DNA from: Escherichia phage outra
Reading direction: 5' to 3' (one strand)
Length of the DNA: 64,000 nucleotides
Sequence record: MN850645.1
Positions 9,895 to 19,136 of this stretch are shown piece after piece. The notes beneath the pieces are model-generated. The model saw nothing but the letters and a program-made list of their open reading frames with translations. It was not told the origin of the DNA and ran no database searches. Positions within the stretch are counted from its first letter, which is position 1. The number at the start of each line of letters is the position of its first letter. Both the position numbers and the translations under genes were made by a program.

Positions 9895-10257
9895 TTATTT
9901 CTCCTTATCATCATATTCTAGGAACATATCTGCACGATATGCTTTACGCTCTTCAAACTTAGCAGGATCTACAACAATAAGCAATACAAGGTTAACATCT
10001 AAATACTTTTTAACAAATAGAAATAAATCTTTTCCACAGTTAAAACCTACACCAGTATAGGCATCCCCATATTGATCTACTGATTTAATCTTCTTACTAA
10101 CCGTACATTCTATGCTATTCTTTTCTTCTTGGTATAAGGCTTTCCCACCCCAATATGTAAAGAATTTAGTACCGTCAGCACCAAGTTTAAAACCTTCTGT
10201 TGCATGTCCAGCAAATGAAAGTAAACATAACCAAGTAATCATCAGGTACTTTAGCAT
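9895..10257 (-). CDS. putative secreted protein with signal peptide
   Basis: MLKYLMITWLCLLSFAGHA N-terminal hydrophobic signal; GGGTGG SD before ATG 10257. Confidence 0.5.
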   Translation of the reverse strand: MLKYLMITWLCLLSFAGHATEGFKLGADGTKFFTYWGGKALYQEEKNSIECTVSKKIKSVDQYGDAYTGVGFNCGKDLFLFVKKYLDVNLVLLIVVDPAKFEERKAYRADMFLEYDDKEK

Positions 10258-10258
10258 T

Positions 10259-10741
10259 TTAACCACCCAATTGCAAATGTTTAGAAAGAACAATATCCCA
10301 CTGATCACCACAACCATTATCTATGCGGAACATAATGTACGTATCATCTTCTTCTACGACATATAATACCTCATAGGAATTACAACAGCCTTCCCAATTT
10401 TTAACAGCCTCTGGTGTATGATGTGTAAGGATTTCATTACCATCATATGACCAAAACAAAGGGGTAAGGTTTTCGAAGGTCAGTGAAGTAGGGTTTACTT
10501 CATCTTTAACTGCTTCCTCATATTCTTTATGCGTTTGTACTGCTTTAGTTAGTGTACTCATGTCTATCTCCTTTTCTCCTTCTTGACTATGGAGGATAGC
10601 GAACTCTCTAAACTCCACCTCACGCCATGTTTTCAGGTAGTGCTTTATAATTTGATCAACATCTACCTGTTCAACGTTACTTTTCAAGCAATAGTAGTCA
10701 TGGTCTTCACCCATTCTACCCCATATGCTATACATTGTCAT
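10259..10741 (-). CDS. hypothetical protein (160 aa)
   Basis: ORF in operon orientation. Confidence 0.5.
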   Translation of the reverse strand: MTMYSIWGRMGEDHDYYCLKSNVEQVDVDQIIKHYLKTWREVEFREFAILHSQEGEKEIDMSTLTKAVQTHKEYEEAVKDEVNPTSLTFENLTPLFWSYDGNEILTHHTPEAVKNWEGCCNSYEVLYVVEEDDTYIMFRIDNGCGDQWDIVLSKHLQLGG

Positions 10742-11009
10742 CTGATTGATCCTTCACATTGTTCTTGGCATACACAGGAATAACATCATGGTGATCTTTA
10801 TTACTTTCGTCTGTTAAAGCCCAAAACAACTTACCTGCCGGATGTTTAAAGATGTAAGCAATAGGTTCCTCTTCCTGTGCTTCTTTGCTACGGATGCCAT
10901 CCCGCCAGGCAAGCCAAGTGTAGATCATCATCTCTTGACGTTCTTCTTCATTAGGCCACAGATGGGGTAGAAAGTTTTTATCAAACCATTGCTTAAACTC
11001 TTCAGTCAT
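10728..11009 (-). CDS. hypothetical protein (93 aa)
   Basis: ORF in operon orientation. Confidence 0.5.
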   Translation of the reverse strand: MTEEFKQWFDKNFLPHLWPNEEERQEMMIYTWLAWRDGIRSKEAQEEEPIAYIFKHPAGKLFWALTDESNKDHHDVIPVYAKNNVKDQSDDNV

Positions 11010-11064
11010 AATCTACTCCTTAGCGTACAAAGTTAACTTCTGCTTCTTTCAGCTTTGACACTTC

Positions 11065-11184
11065 TACATAACCACCATGATCATCTTTAATCCATTCTTT
11101 TCCTTTTCGGATGATAACAGGGTAGGTAGAGTGAGTAAGTTTAGGTACAGATCTTTTTGTTTTAGTGATAGAAATGTTTTGCAT
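11065..11184 (-). CDS. hypothetical small protein (39 aa)
   Basis: ATG preceded by AAGGAG SD in otherwise empty 235-bp gap. Confidence 0.3.
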
Positions 11185-11244
11185 AGTAGTCTCCTTAGTA
11201 AATTTTACATAGAATCTAGATTATTTAGTAGGTAGAGTCAATAA

Positions 11245-11511
11245 CTAATTACTGTTAGATCTGTACTCTGTCTTCCATTCACAATGGTAAACTTCAACAG
11301 GTTCTAACTTCCAGTGTTCAGGAACTAGTTCAGGACAATATCTACAAAAGAGAAATAGATAGATAACTAAGACAGGTATTAAATAGTAAAATGGTATACG
11401 ATCATAACCATACTTACGAGATAACATGTAGACATATAGATAGGGTATAACAATTAATCCTATAACTATAAGTAAGAAGAGAAGTATAAACCTTAGTGTA
11501 GTAACATCCAT
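11245..11511 (-). CDS. hypothetical membrane protein (88 aa)
   Basis: strongly hydrophobic N-terminal half. Confidence 0.5.
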   Translation of the reverse strand: MDVTTLRFILLFLLIVIGLIVIPYLYVYMLSRKYGYDRIPFYYLIPVLVIYLFLFCRYCPELVPEHWKLEPVEVYHCEWKTEYRSNSN

Positions 11512-11589
11512 AGTATTCTCCTATACAGTAATATACTCTGTTCCTGCCCCTCCATGAGTGACAGGAACAATATCTATAGAGAATACTAA

Positions 11590-11650
11590 CTCGCTTCGCT
11601 CGTCACCTTTCAGGTTTAGGGTAGCATGTTTTTCTGAAAAAGTCAATACT
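11590..11650. repeat. conserved intergenic element copy A (CTCGCTTCGCTCG ... TTAGGGTAGCATGTTTTT)
   Basis: near-identical 18-bp core and upstream CTCGCTnnCGCTCG block also present at 40282-40340. Confidence 0.6.
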
Positions 11651-11675
11651 CTCCACAAAACTTTACAAAATACTT

Positions 11676-11948
11676 TTACATAGGTACAACAGAGTCTGTT
11701 TTGAAGTCGTACATATGATTTACACCTGTGATTTTTGACATAGAGATTGCACGTTTAGCACCTGCAATTACCTGGTCTGTCTTCTTAATCTCTTCACGGA
11801 ACTTACGTACAGTTAAAGAGAAGAAACGATGATCCATCCATTGACGATTCACACGATCACGCTTGAAGTGACGGAAATCTTCAATCTGCTTATTGCGCAA
11901 TCGGCGCAGTACATGCAATAGTTGATAGTAAGGGTGTTTATTTTTCAT
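11676..11948 (-). CDS. hypothetical basic protein (90 aa)
   Basis: ORF in operon orientation. Confidence 0.5.
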   Translation of the reverse strand: MKNKHPYYQLLHVLRRLRNKQIEDFRHFKRDRVNRQWMDHRFFSLTVRKFREEIKKTDQVIAGAKRAISMSKITGVNHMYDFKTDSVVPM

Positions 11949-11951
11949 AAA

Positions 11952-12380
11952 TTATTCTCCAAATCGAAAATCGTCAATATCATCAAACCATACACAATGG
12001 CGAGTCCTTTCTTTTTCTGTTGCAGACATTGTTTCAACAGCTTTAGGACTAAGCACAACAGGAGTGTAACGAATAGGTCGTTCATAATAGTAGCCATACT
12101 TTTCTGTATTAGCTGCCTCAAAGACTTTACGGCGTTCTTCAAGATCTTCTATGGTGAATCCTACCATATAGCCATCATATTTGCTACCCCATCCTTCCTC
12201 GCTTTCAACAATCGGGATATAAAAGCCGTTACGCGTCCCTAACGCTGGTTTTTCTTGAGCCTGAAGGCAAGCCTCCCATCCTGCTTTAAAGACGTTATAG
12301 AGCGATTTACGCACGTTATGAGTGCCGCTTTCGCTTGCTGGATAGAGTTCATTAAATTTATCTTGGATTTGTTGTGTCAT
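11952..12380 (-). CDS. hypothetical protein (142 aa)
   Basis: ORF in operon orientation. Confidence 0.5.
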   Translation of the reverse strand: MTQQIQDKFNELYPASESGTHNVRKSLYNVFKAGWEACLQAQEKPALGTRNGFYIPIVESEEGWGSKYDGYMVGFTIEDLEERRKVFEAANTEKYGYYYERPIRYTPVVLSPKAVETMSATEKERTRHCVWFDDIDDFRFGE

Positions 12381-12523
12381 ACTCGCCCCTTAGTGATTAT
12401 TTGACCAGCTAAACAAATAGCTTGTAGTACAATAAAGAAGTAGCCTAATTTTACACTACCCAATACCCAGAATGCAATGTTTGCAAACAAACAAAAAGCA
12501 ATATTAAGTCTAAAGAATAACAT
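12377..12523 (-). CDS. hypothetical small membrane protein (48 aa)
   Basis: hand-translated; ATG abuts upstream stop (TAAATG), stop overlaps next ATG. Confidence 0.35.
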   Translation of the reverse strand: MLFFRLNIAFCLFANIAFWVLGSVKLGYFFIVLQAICLAGQIITKGRV

Positions 12524-12724
12524 TTAATCCCCTTCATATTTAGGTAAAGGCATATATGCCACAATAGGAGGGTAATCAAAGTGAAAATGATGGTTCACCA
12601 CAATAATCTTACCAGACATACTTTTATGCACTTCACAATACCCTTTTTCACCATCTTCCATTACCACCACATACTCACCTAGTGGGATATCGTATGGATC
12701 TTCTACTTTTACCCATTCTGTCAT
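12524..12724 (-). CDS. hypothetical protein (66 aa)
   Basis: ORF in operon orientation. Confidence 0.45.
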   Translation of the reverse strand: MTEWVKVEDPYDIPLGEYVVVMEDGEKGYCEVHKSMSGKIIVVNHHFHFDYPPIVAYMPLPKYEGD

Positions 12725-12990
12725 TTTGGAAATACCTCTTGTCCATCTTCATGCATTTGTAGTAAAGTTTCACAGATTTCATACACATCTTGGTATGTTA
12801 CAACTGAGAGATCAGATTCTTGATCTTCGACAAGCATAGCACAAAGAGCTTTAATGTCAATACCTTTACAATGTTCCGTAGCTACACGGTACATTTCACC
12901 ATCCTCCCAAACAATTGGTTGCGGGAGCAAAACATCTGTACCATCTTCACAAGTTACAATGTAGTCTGCAATATTATCACGAATTTTCAT
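12721..12990 (-). CDS. hypothetical protein (89 aa)
   Basis: 4-nt overlaps with both neighbours. Confidence 0.5.
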   Translation of the reverse strand: MKIRDNIADYIVTCEDGTDVLLPQPIVWEDGEMYRVATEHCKGIDIKALCAMLVEDQESDLSVVTYQDVYEICETLLQMHEDGQEVFPK

Positions 12991-13244
12991 TGTACTACCC
13001 CCTTAAATCCAGATGTACTGCCAGTTTTAACTTTTGCTTTAAGAGGTTCCAACTCTACCATAGGTGTTGCTACTTGTATAGGATTTTCCTCAACCTCATA
13101 AATATAATATTCATAATAAGCATACTTACCAATAGAGTGCAGATACTTAATTGCATGTTCAGGTGAATCTGCTTCAACATACCCCAAATCTTTTGTAGTG
13201 CGGCCTTCACAGTCGCCTTCTGTAGTTACGTGATAAAGTGTCAT
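12987..13244 (-). CDS. hypothetical protein (85 aa)
   Basis: 4-nt overlaps with both neighbours. Confidence 0.5.
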   Translation of the reverse strand: MTLYHVTTEGDCEGRTTKDLGYVEADSPEHAIKYLHSIGKYAYYEYYIYEVEENPIQVATPMVELEPLKAKVKTGSTSGFKGVVQ

Positions 13245-13564
13245 AAAACCTCCTTCTTGTTGGCTGCTTCAATCATAGCGTTAAGAGTCTCCATACCACT
13301 GTCAACTGCTTGAGCAATCTCTTGGAACACCGTTTTCTTAAAGATGTATAAAGATCCTGCCTGTAAGCGTTGCACACAGCATAAGATGGTTTGGTGATCC
13401 ATAACAAAATCACCATAAGCACAATCAATTTTCCCTGTGATTGGGTTGTCTCGTGAGCGAGGATCGTATTCTAATGTGATATGCGTTACACCAGGTAAAG
13501 TAACAAACTGACAACGGATATTGACACGTGGTGCAATTGACACGCTAAACAGACTGTTTGACAT
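13241..13564 (-). CDS. hypothetical protein (107 aa)
   Basis: GAGGAGG SD before ATG. Confidence 0.5.
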   Translation of the reverse strand: MSNSLFSVSIAPRVNIRCQFVTLPGVTHITLEYDPRSRDNPITGKIDCAYGDFVMDHQTILCCVQRLQAGSLYIFKKTVFQEIAQAVDSGMETLNAMIEAANKKEVL

Positions 13565-13566
13565 TT

Positions 13567-13711
13567 AAACCTCCTCATAGTAAGGTAAAGCCTTGATCAG
13601 TTGTTCTGAAGTGCCATTTTGCACCCACGTAACACCATTGTCAACAGAAACATACCCTTTTTTGTCAATAAATTTACGCAGACAGCCAGTGAACTTATTT
13701 TTGTAGATCAT
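13567..13711 (-). CDS. hypothetical small protein (48 aa)
   Basis: hand-translated; AAGGA SD before ATG. Confidence 0.35.
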
Positions 13712-13875
13712 TTCTTCTTTCCTTTTTGATTACACCCCCCATCACTCCCTTGCCAAACTTCCGATCTGAATTCCATCTCAAACCACTCACCACCGCAAAA
13801 ACGGTTATGTTCAACACGTCTATCTTCCTTCATTGCTTCTTTAGCTTCGATAGAAGTTAGTTCGATGTTTTGCAT
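13708..13875 (-). CDS. hypothetical small protein (55 aa)
   Basis: start moved to ATG 13875 preceded by AAAGGAGAAA SD; first gene of minus block. Confidence 0.45.
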   Translation of the reverse strand: MQNIELTSIEAKEAMKEDRRVEHNRFCGGEWFEMEFRSEVWQGSDGGCNQKGKKK

Positions 13876-13993
13876 TTGTTTTTCTCCTTTCATTTGGTAT
13901 GCGCTAATCTTAACAAAATAAAAATGTATGTCAATACTTGATTTGAAATTAGTTTCTGGTACTCTGTGGGTATCGTAACAAAAGAGGTTAGAT

Positions 13994-14284
13994 ATGAACA
14001 TCACACTAGCAACTAAGAATATTACAGAAACTTTTGATGGTTTTGGCATTATTATTGCTGTTCATGGGCATAACGAAAAATGGTTAGCCTCTTTTGAAGA
14101 GGACAAAGAACGCAATGTACGTTTGAATGCACCAATCAAAGTTTTACACCAGGTAGGTGAGAATAAGAAACAATGGAGATCATACAAAGAGTGGAACATT
14201 ACGAACGAGTTAATACACAAACTTGACAAAGTGATAAACATGTTCGACAATGCACCAAGCAGTGCAAAACGTGTTTTACTATAA
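13994..14284 (+). CDS. hypothetical protein (96 aa)
   Basis: first gene of plus block after divergent intergenic region. Confidence 0.5.
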   Translation: MNITLATKNITETFDGFGIIIAVHGHNEKWLASFEEDKERNVRLNAPIKVLHQVGENKKQWRSYKEWNITNELIHKLDKVINMFDNAPSSAKRVLL

Positions 14285-14295
14285 AGGAGAGTGAT

Positions 14296-14649
14296 ATGAA
14301 AATTGTACACGATGAAATTCAATTTGAAGAGAGTGATCTTCTTGATCTGGATGTGACACTAAGTAAACTGATCTACAACGCACTTTCTGCATATCGTGCA
14401 AAAGTGATAGCCACAAACAATGTTAAAATTCCTAGCGGGTTACTTCGTCGGATGTACCCACACGCTAAAGGTGACTATCTACCTTATATGGAAGAACGAG
14501 CAGCAGAACACTGGTTAGAAATTCTTGAAAAAATGGAGTCCTCTTTTAAGGATTCAACTCCACCTGAAGAAGTTAATGAAAAACAACGGCAAGAGCGTTT
14601 AGAAGGTCGTATTTTGTTTGCTAAGTATTTCCATAATTTGTGGAGCTAA
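14296..14649 (+). CDS. hypothetical protein (117 aa)
   Basis: AAGGAG SD before ATG. Confidence 0.5.
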   Translation: MKIVHDEIQFEESDLLDLDVTLSKLIYNALSAYRAKVIATNNVKIPSGLLRRMYPHAKGDYLPYMEERAAEHWLEILEKMESSFKDSTPPEEVNEKQRQERLEGRILFAKYFHNLWS

Positions 14650-14747
14650 ACATATCTGGTAAAATCACTTATATGTTCTTAGTATACTTGTGTAAAGAAG
14701 TTATCTAACAGGTGTTGAGTGGACTATTAAATTAGGAGGGCTTTAAT

Positions 14748-15086
14748 ATGTTTAGTAAAGAAATGAGAGAAGTAATTGCCACTTTGGTAGTTGATCATGG
14801 TGTTGAAGTTGAGCGTCACGTTTGGAACGATGAACCTCCTTTCTTCGATTTGGCATCACGAGCTAAAAGTCATATGCACCTGCTGGAAGACGGTAATGAG
14901 TTTGTTCTCCGTATGCGTTATGATCGAGAGTTTCGAATTCCGCTTGACACTGAACCAGATGGTGTAGTAATGTGGTTGGCAGAACATTTCGCATACGATG
15001 CACTACATGGAAGAAGTTTTGGTAATGAGCGTTGGGATGCCATTTGTCGTAAGCATAATATTGAACCAGAGTACGGAGTTTTATAA
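14748..15086 (+). CDS. hypothetical protein (112 aa)
   Basis: AGGAGG SD before ATG. Confidence 0.5.
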   Translation: MFSKEMREVIATLVVDHGVEVERHVWNDEPPFFDLASRAKSHMHLLEDGNEFVLRMRYDREFRIPLDTEPDGVVMWLAEHFAYDALHGRSFGNERWDAICRKHNIEPEYGVL

Positions 15087-15337
15087 TGTTAAGTATCAAA
15101 CCTAAAATGATAACAGCAGATGAAGCAGACTTTATTTTCAAATGTGGACGTGTATGGAGAGAATTCACAAAAGGGAATGAAGTGGTTGTTGTTGTCGAAC
15201 ACAAGATATCTATCCAGGATCTGTTTGGACAATATGTTGATGTTATTAAATTAGGTATTGACAAGGGTTTAGTTGAGGTGTTAACATTAGATCAAGTTGA
15301 AGCAGAGCACCTCGATAAAGTGGTGGTTGAATTTTAA
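15086..15337 (+). CDS. hypothetical protein (83 aa)
   Basis: start overlaps upstream stop. Confidence 0.5.
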   Translation: MLSIKPKMITADEADFIFKCGRVWREFTKGNEVVVVVEHKISIQDLFGQYVDVIKLGIDKGLVEVLTLDQVEAEHLDKVVVEF

Positions 15338-15357
15338 AATACAGACGGGAGAAAGGT

Positions 15358-15531
15358 ATGAGTTTCTTTGTTACAGTATTTATGGCTATCTGGATTGTAG
15401 TCTCACTCGTTCTTTTCCTGGTGGGTTGTCTGGAAGAGATTAAGAAAGCGGTTATTTGCGGTTTCTTTGGCTTTATTATCTCTCCTGCCTGGATGTGGTT
15501 CTTCATTATGATTGGTTTCCTTAAAAGGTAA
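15358..15531 (+). CDS. hypothetical small membrane protein (57 aa)
   Basis: hand-translated; GGGAGAAAGG SD; hydrophobic. Confidence 0.4.
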   Translation: MSFFVTVFMAIWIVVSLVLFLVGCLEEIKKAVICGFFGFIISPAWMWFFIMIGFLKR

Positions 15532-15545
15532 GTGAGGAATAAAGA

Positions 15546-15983
15546 ATGAGTAAAACAAACGCAATCGCAGATAAAGCAACGGATGTACTTCTGAACATGG
15601 TTAACGTCACTATTCAAACAATGAGTGATGTTGTAGAGTTTGGAAAACAACAAATTCCAGAAGTAATCCATCAACTATTAGTGTGGAAAGCAGTATCCGC
15701 AGGTTTATGGCAACTTTTTAGTATTTGCTTTATGTTTATTACTTTTATTGCTGTGCGGAACCTCGTAAAAGCAATTAAAGATAAAGAATGCCTGTGGTCA
15801 CGAGATCGCTATGGTGAAGTATCTGCTTTACCTATTGTTGGCCTTGTTGTCTGTGCTTTCTTTTTCTTTTTAGGATTTGTTATTTTCTTTTCGAATTTTG
15901 ATTGGCTAAAAATCATTATTGCACCAAAAGTGTATCTGATTGAATTTGCTGCTGATTTAATTCGTTCATCTCAACAAAAATAA
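15546..15983 (+). CDS. hypothetical membrane protein (145 aa)
   Basis: two long hydrophobic segments. Confidence 0.5.
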   Translation: MSKTNAIADKATDVLLNMVNVTIQTMSDVVEFGKQQIPEVIHQLLVWKAVSAGLWQLFSICFMFITFIAVRNLVKAIKDKECLWSRDRYGEVSALPIVGLVVCAFFFFLGFVIFFSNFDWLKIIIAPKVYLIEFAADLIRSSQQK

Positions 15984-15994
15984 AAGGGGTTAAA

Positions 15995-17122
15995 ATGAAA
16001 TACACGATTTATGGTGATATTGTAAGTGTAAATAAAGATATGGGCGTGGAATCTAACTATCTTCCACCTGGATTCTATACTGTTAGTCGTGATCCCCTTG
16101 GCAATTATTTTTTAAGCCGTGGTAATCTGACAGGTGTACCTGATGTTCTGTATGGTGAAACAGAAAAACGAGCAAATCACGTTATCCGTACATTCCATCG
16201 CCGGAGTGCACAAGGTAAAAATACAGGATTGCTTCTGACAGGAACTAAGGGTAGTGGTAAAACTATGTTAGCCAAACTCATTAGTCGTGACCTTGTAGAA
16301 GAAGGTATTCCAACTATTATGGTTACTCAAGCCTACAGCGATGCTAATTTCATTGAACTTATTAGCAAGATCACCGACAAAGCAGTGATTATTTTTGACG
16401 AGTTTGATAAAGTGTATGAGAAGAAACAAGATCAAGAAGCACTTCTCACTTTGTTAGATGGTACTGGCAGTGGTAATAAACTGTTTATTCTAACTAAAAA
16501 CAGTGGCTTTATCTCTGAATTCTTTCTAAATCGTCCTAGTCGTGTGTTTTATAATTTTAATTATGATAAAATCTCACTAGAAACTATGATTGACTATTTA
16601 GATAAAAACCTGGATAACAAAGCACACTTTGATAATTTCCAAAGGCTTTGGGATGTAAGTTTAGAGTTGTCCTTTGATGTGATCCAAGGTATAGTAGAAG
16701 AACTTAATTTCTACCCTGATTTATCCTTTAAAGAATGCATCTCTATGATGGGCGTTTCTTTGGGTGGTGGTAATAAGTGGGATATCAGCAGCGTTGTTAT
16801 TAATGGGAAACTTCAGAAAGTTAGCTGGGTATCTAGTTGGCATAACTTCACACCTGCAATCTTTTTAGGTGGCTCGTGCACACTAGACGTGTACTTGTCA
16901 TCTCCAAGTGATGCAGACTCTAAAGAAGCCCTTGCTAATAGCTCTTACGTGGTTTTTGATGATGAAGGAGATGCTCGAATTCCATTGAATGCGACAAAAA
17001 TGAAAGCAGATCTTATTACAGGCGGTAAAATCGTTGTGTTTAGTGATGATCCAGAAGATTCTTTCCGTATTGTTCTGGAACCAACTATCACCAATGGTGC
17101 AACTTTGGCAAGCGTGTTTTAA
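15995..17122 (+). CDS. AAA+ family ATPase (paralogue 2)
   Basis: Walker A GTKGSGKT, Walker B IIFDEFDK, NRPSR; collinear similarity to 267-1427 product. Confidence 0.8.
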   Translation: MKYTIYGDIVSVNKDMGVESNYLPPGFYTVSRDPLGNYFLSRGNLTGVPDVLYGETEKRANHVIRTFHRRSAQGKNTGLLLTGTKGSGKTMLAKLISRDLVEEGIPTIMVTQAYSDANFIELISKITDKAVIIFDEFDKVYEKKQDQEALLTLLDGTGSGNKLFILTKNSGFISEFFLNRPSRVFYNFNYDKISLETMIDYLDKNLDNKAHFDNFQRLWDVSLELSFDVIQGIVEELNFYPDLSFKECISMMGVSLGGGNKWDISSVVINGKLQKVSWVSSWHNFTPAIFLGGSCTLDVYLSSPSDADSKEALANSSYVVFDDEGDARIPLNATKMKADLITGGKIVVFSDDPEDSFRIVLEPTITNGATLASVF

Positions 17123-17140
17123 GTAAGCCAGCAAATAAAA

Positions 17141-17164
17141 ACCCGCTCCGGCGGGTTTTCTTGT
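17141..17164 (+). terminator. rho-independent terminator
   Basis: ACCCGC-TCCG-GCGGGT stem-loop followed by TTTTCTTGT. Confidence 0.7.
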
Positions 17165-17196
17165 ATTGATGCCAGATTTAATAAGAGGAGTAATAG

Positions 17197-18369
17197 ATGA
17201 CAGCACCAAAATCATGGGAACAATATAAAGAAGAATTAACACCCCTTGCTAAAAATCGCAATATTCAAATCCTGGGTTATGTTGGTGAATGGAAAGGGAA
17301 CAAGACTAAACTTAAGCTATCTTGCCCTAAACATGGAGAGTGGAACACCACGAACATTAATGATTTTAAGAAGGGACGTGGTTGTCCTATCTGTTCTGGT
17401 AAGAAGCCGTTAACATGGGAAACAGAATTGCCGATCTTGGAAGAGATAGCACAGAAGAGGGGGTATCAGGTGTTAGGGTACGTGGGAGAATGGAAAGGGA
17501 ATAAAACAAAACTTGATTTGTTGTGTCATTGTGGTAATAAATGGGATACTACAAGTATTAACAATTTTAAACGTGGTAGCGGTTGTCCACAATGTAAGAG
17601 GGAGAGACAAACAATGTCCGACGATCAACATATTGCAGATTTCTTTTCTACAGGGGAATTTAAGGAAGGCACTATCTTCACCAATACAGGGAAACGTAAC
17701 AAGCGTGATGCAGTATGGATGGTTGAGTGTCCTGTTTGCTCCCATGATGAATATGTTCAAGCAGGTGTTTGTGATGGTAAATTTTACTCTGCAGGACATA
17801 ACCTTAAACAAGGGTATATTCCGTGTCGTTGTGGGAACTATCAGTATACAGAAGACCAGATCACCTATAGGGTAAAAAAGGAAGTAGAAGGGAAAGGGTA
17901 TGTCTGGGTAGATTGGATTACCAAACCCTCTTCTATAGGTAAGTTTAAATATCTTTGTCTTGTGCATGGTGAGCAGATAGGGAGTGCTCGTAATTTATTA
18001 AGCCTCGGTCAAGGTTGTCCACAGTGTGCTGGTCATAATCAACAGCAATTATATATTAATATTGTTAAAGATAATGATATTATAGTTGCTCTTAAGTTTG
18101 GTATATCTAAAGATAGCGATAGACGATTAAACGGTCAAAATAGCCGTAATCTGTTTTTTATGGGGCGTATTTGTTTATATGATTTTAGCACAGTGAAACA
18201 ATGTAGGGCTGCTGAAAGAGCTATAAAGAAAAAATTAAAAACTGGTATTTTAACGGCAAGAGAGTTGAAAGATGGTTATACAGAAACAGTAAGTGTTTCT
18301 GATTTGGAAAATCTTCAAAAAATTATTACACAATATGGTGGCAAATTAGTATACAGTAAGGAGATGTAA
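17197..18369 (+). CDS. Zn-ribbon-repeat protein with C-terminal T5orf172/GIY-YIG-like domain
   Basis: three repeats of about 40 aa each ending in CxxC (GCPICSG, GCPQCKR, GCPQCAG); C-terminal LYINIV...ALKFGISKDSDRRL resembles T5orf172/MUG113 motif; AAGAGGAG SD. Confidence 0.5.
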   Translation: MTAPKSWEQYKEELTPLAKNRNIQILGYVGEWKGNKTKLKLSCPKHGEWNTTNINDFKKGRGCPICSGKKPLTWETELPILEEIAQKRGYQVLGYVGEWKGNKTKLDLLCHCGNKWDTTSINNFKRGSGCPQCKRERQTMSDDQHIADFFSTGEFKEGTIFTNTGKRNKRDAVWMVECPVCSHDEYVQAGVCDGKFYSAGHNLKQGYIPCRCGNYQYTEDQITYRVKKEVEGKGYVWVDWITKPSSIGKFKYLCLVHGEQIGSARNLLSLGQGCPQCAGHNQQQLYINIVKDNDIIVALKFGISKDSDRRLNGQNSRNLFFMGRICLYDFSTVKQCRAAERAIKKKLKTGILTARELKDGYTETVSVSDLENLQKIITQYGGKLVYSKEM

Positions 18370-18921
18370 ATGCGGATTACTGATAAGTATGTGTTCTTCT
18401 TCTCGGCAAAAGATGAATTTAGCAACTGGTATCTATCATCTTTTATTGAACCTTTAGCTCCCAAGTATAATAATTCTATTACAAGTTCTGTTGAATTTAC
18501 TTGTGTGGAACAATATATGATGTGGAGAAAAGCATGTTTGTTTTATGATTACAACATTGCATCTTCTATTTTAACCGGAGATCTAAGATATACAGGAGAA
18601 AAAGAACAGGCATATTATAAGCGACTAGGTAGATTAGTTAAAGATTACGATGAAGCTACTTGGACTTCTTTACGGGAGAAGATTGTCAAGCGTGGTTTGT
18701 ATCTTAAATACACACAAAATGAAGATCTCAAAAATAAACTTATCGCTTACGCAGATAAGGAGTTCGTAGAGGCAAGCCCTTATGATTCTATTTATGGTAT
18801 CAAAATGGGAATGTGGGATCGTGATGTGGAAAATAAGGACTGTTGGAAAGGACAAAATCTTTTAGGAAAATGGCATACAGACCTTGCTGTTTATCTAAAA
18901 GCACAATCTGATATTTCCTGA
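18370..18921 (+). CDS. NADAR-family (YbiA-like, DUF1768) protein
   Basis: FFFS..DEFSNW, EQYMMWRKA and FVEASPYDSIYGIKMG blocks match the YbiA/NADAR pattern; ATG overlaps upstream stop (TAAATG). Confidence 0.65.
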   Translation: MRITDKYVFFFSAKDEFSNWYLSSFIEPLAPKYNNSITSSVEFTCVEQYMMWRKACLFYDYNIASSILTGDLRYTGEKEQAYYKRLGRLVKDYDEATWTSLREKIVKRGLYLKYTQNEDLKNKLIAYADKEFVEASPYDSIYGIKMGMWDRDVENKDCWKGQNLLGKWHTDLAVYLKAQSDIS

Positions 18922-19136
18922 TATTTTGAAAATTTTTATTTTTATAAAAAGGGGTGTGGGTTTCATGTACGGAAATCCACCCTCTGAATAATATATCCAG
19001 AGTAAATATTATTCTGTACTCTGTTAATAAAGTATTTAATTTGTTTGTTTGACTATGGTATCTGATCTTTAAAAGGCATACTATCTCTTAACTACTACTT
19101 ATAACAGAACAGTAAAATCATTTTTATAAAAAGGAC

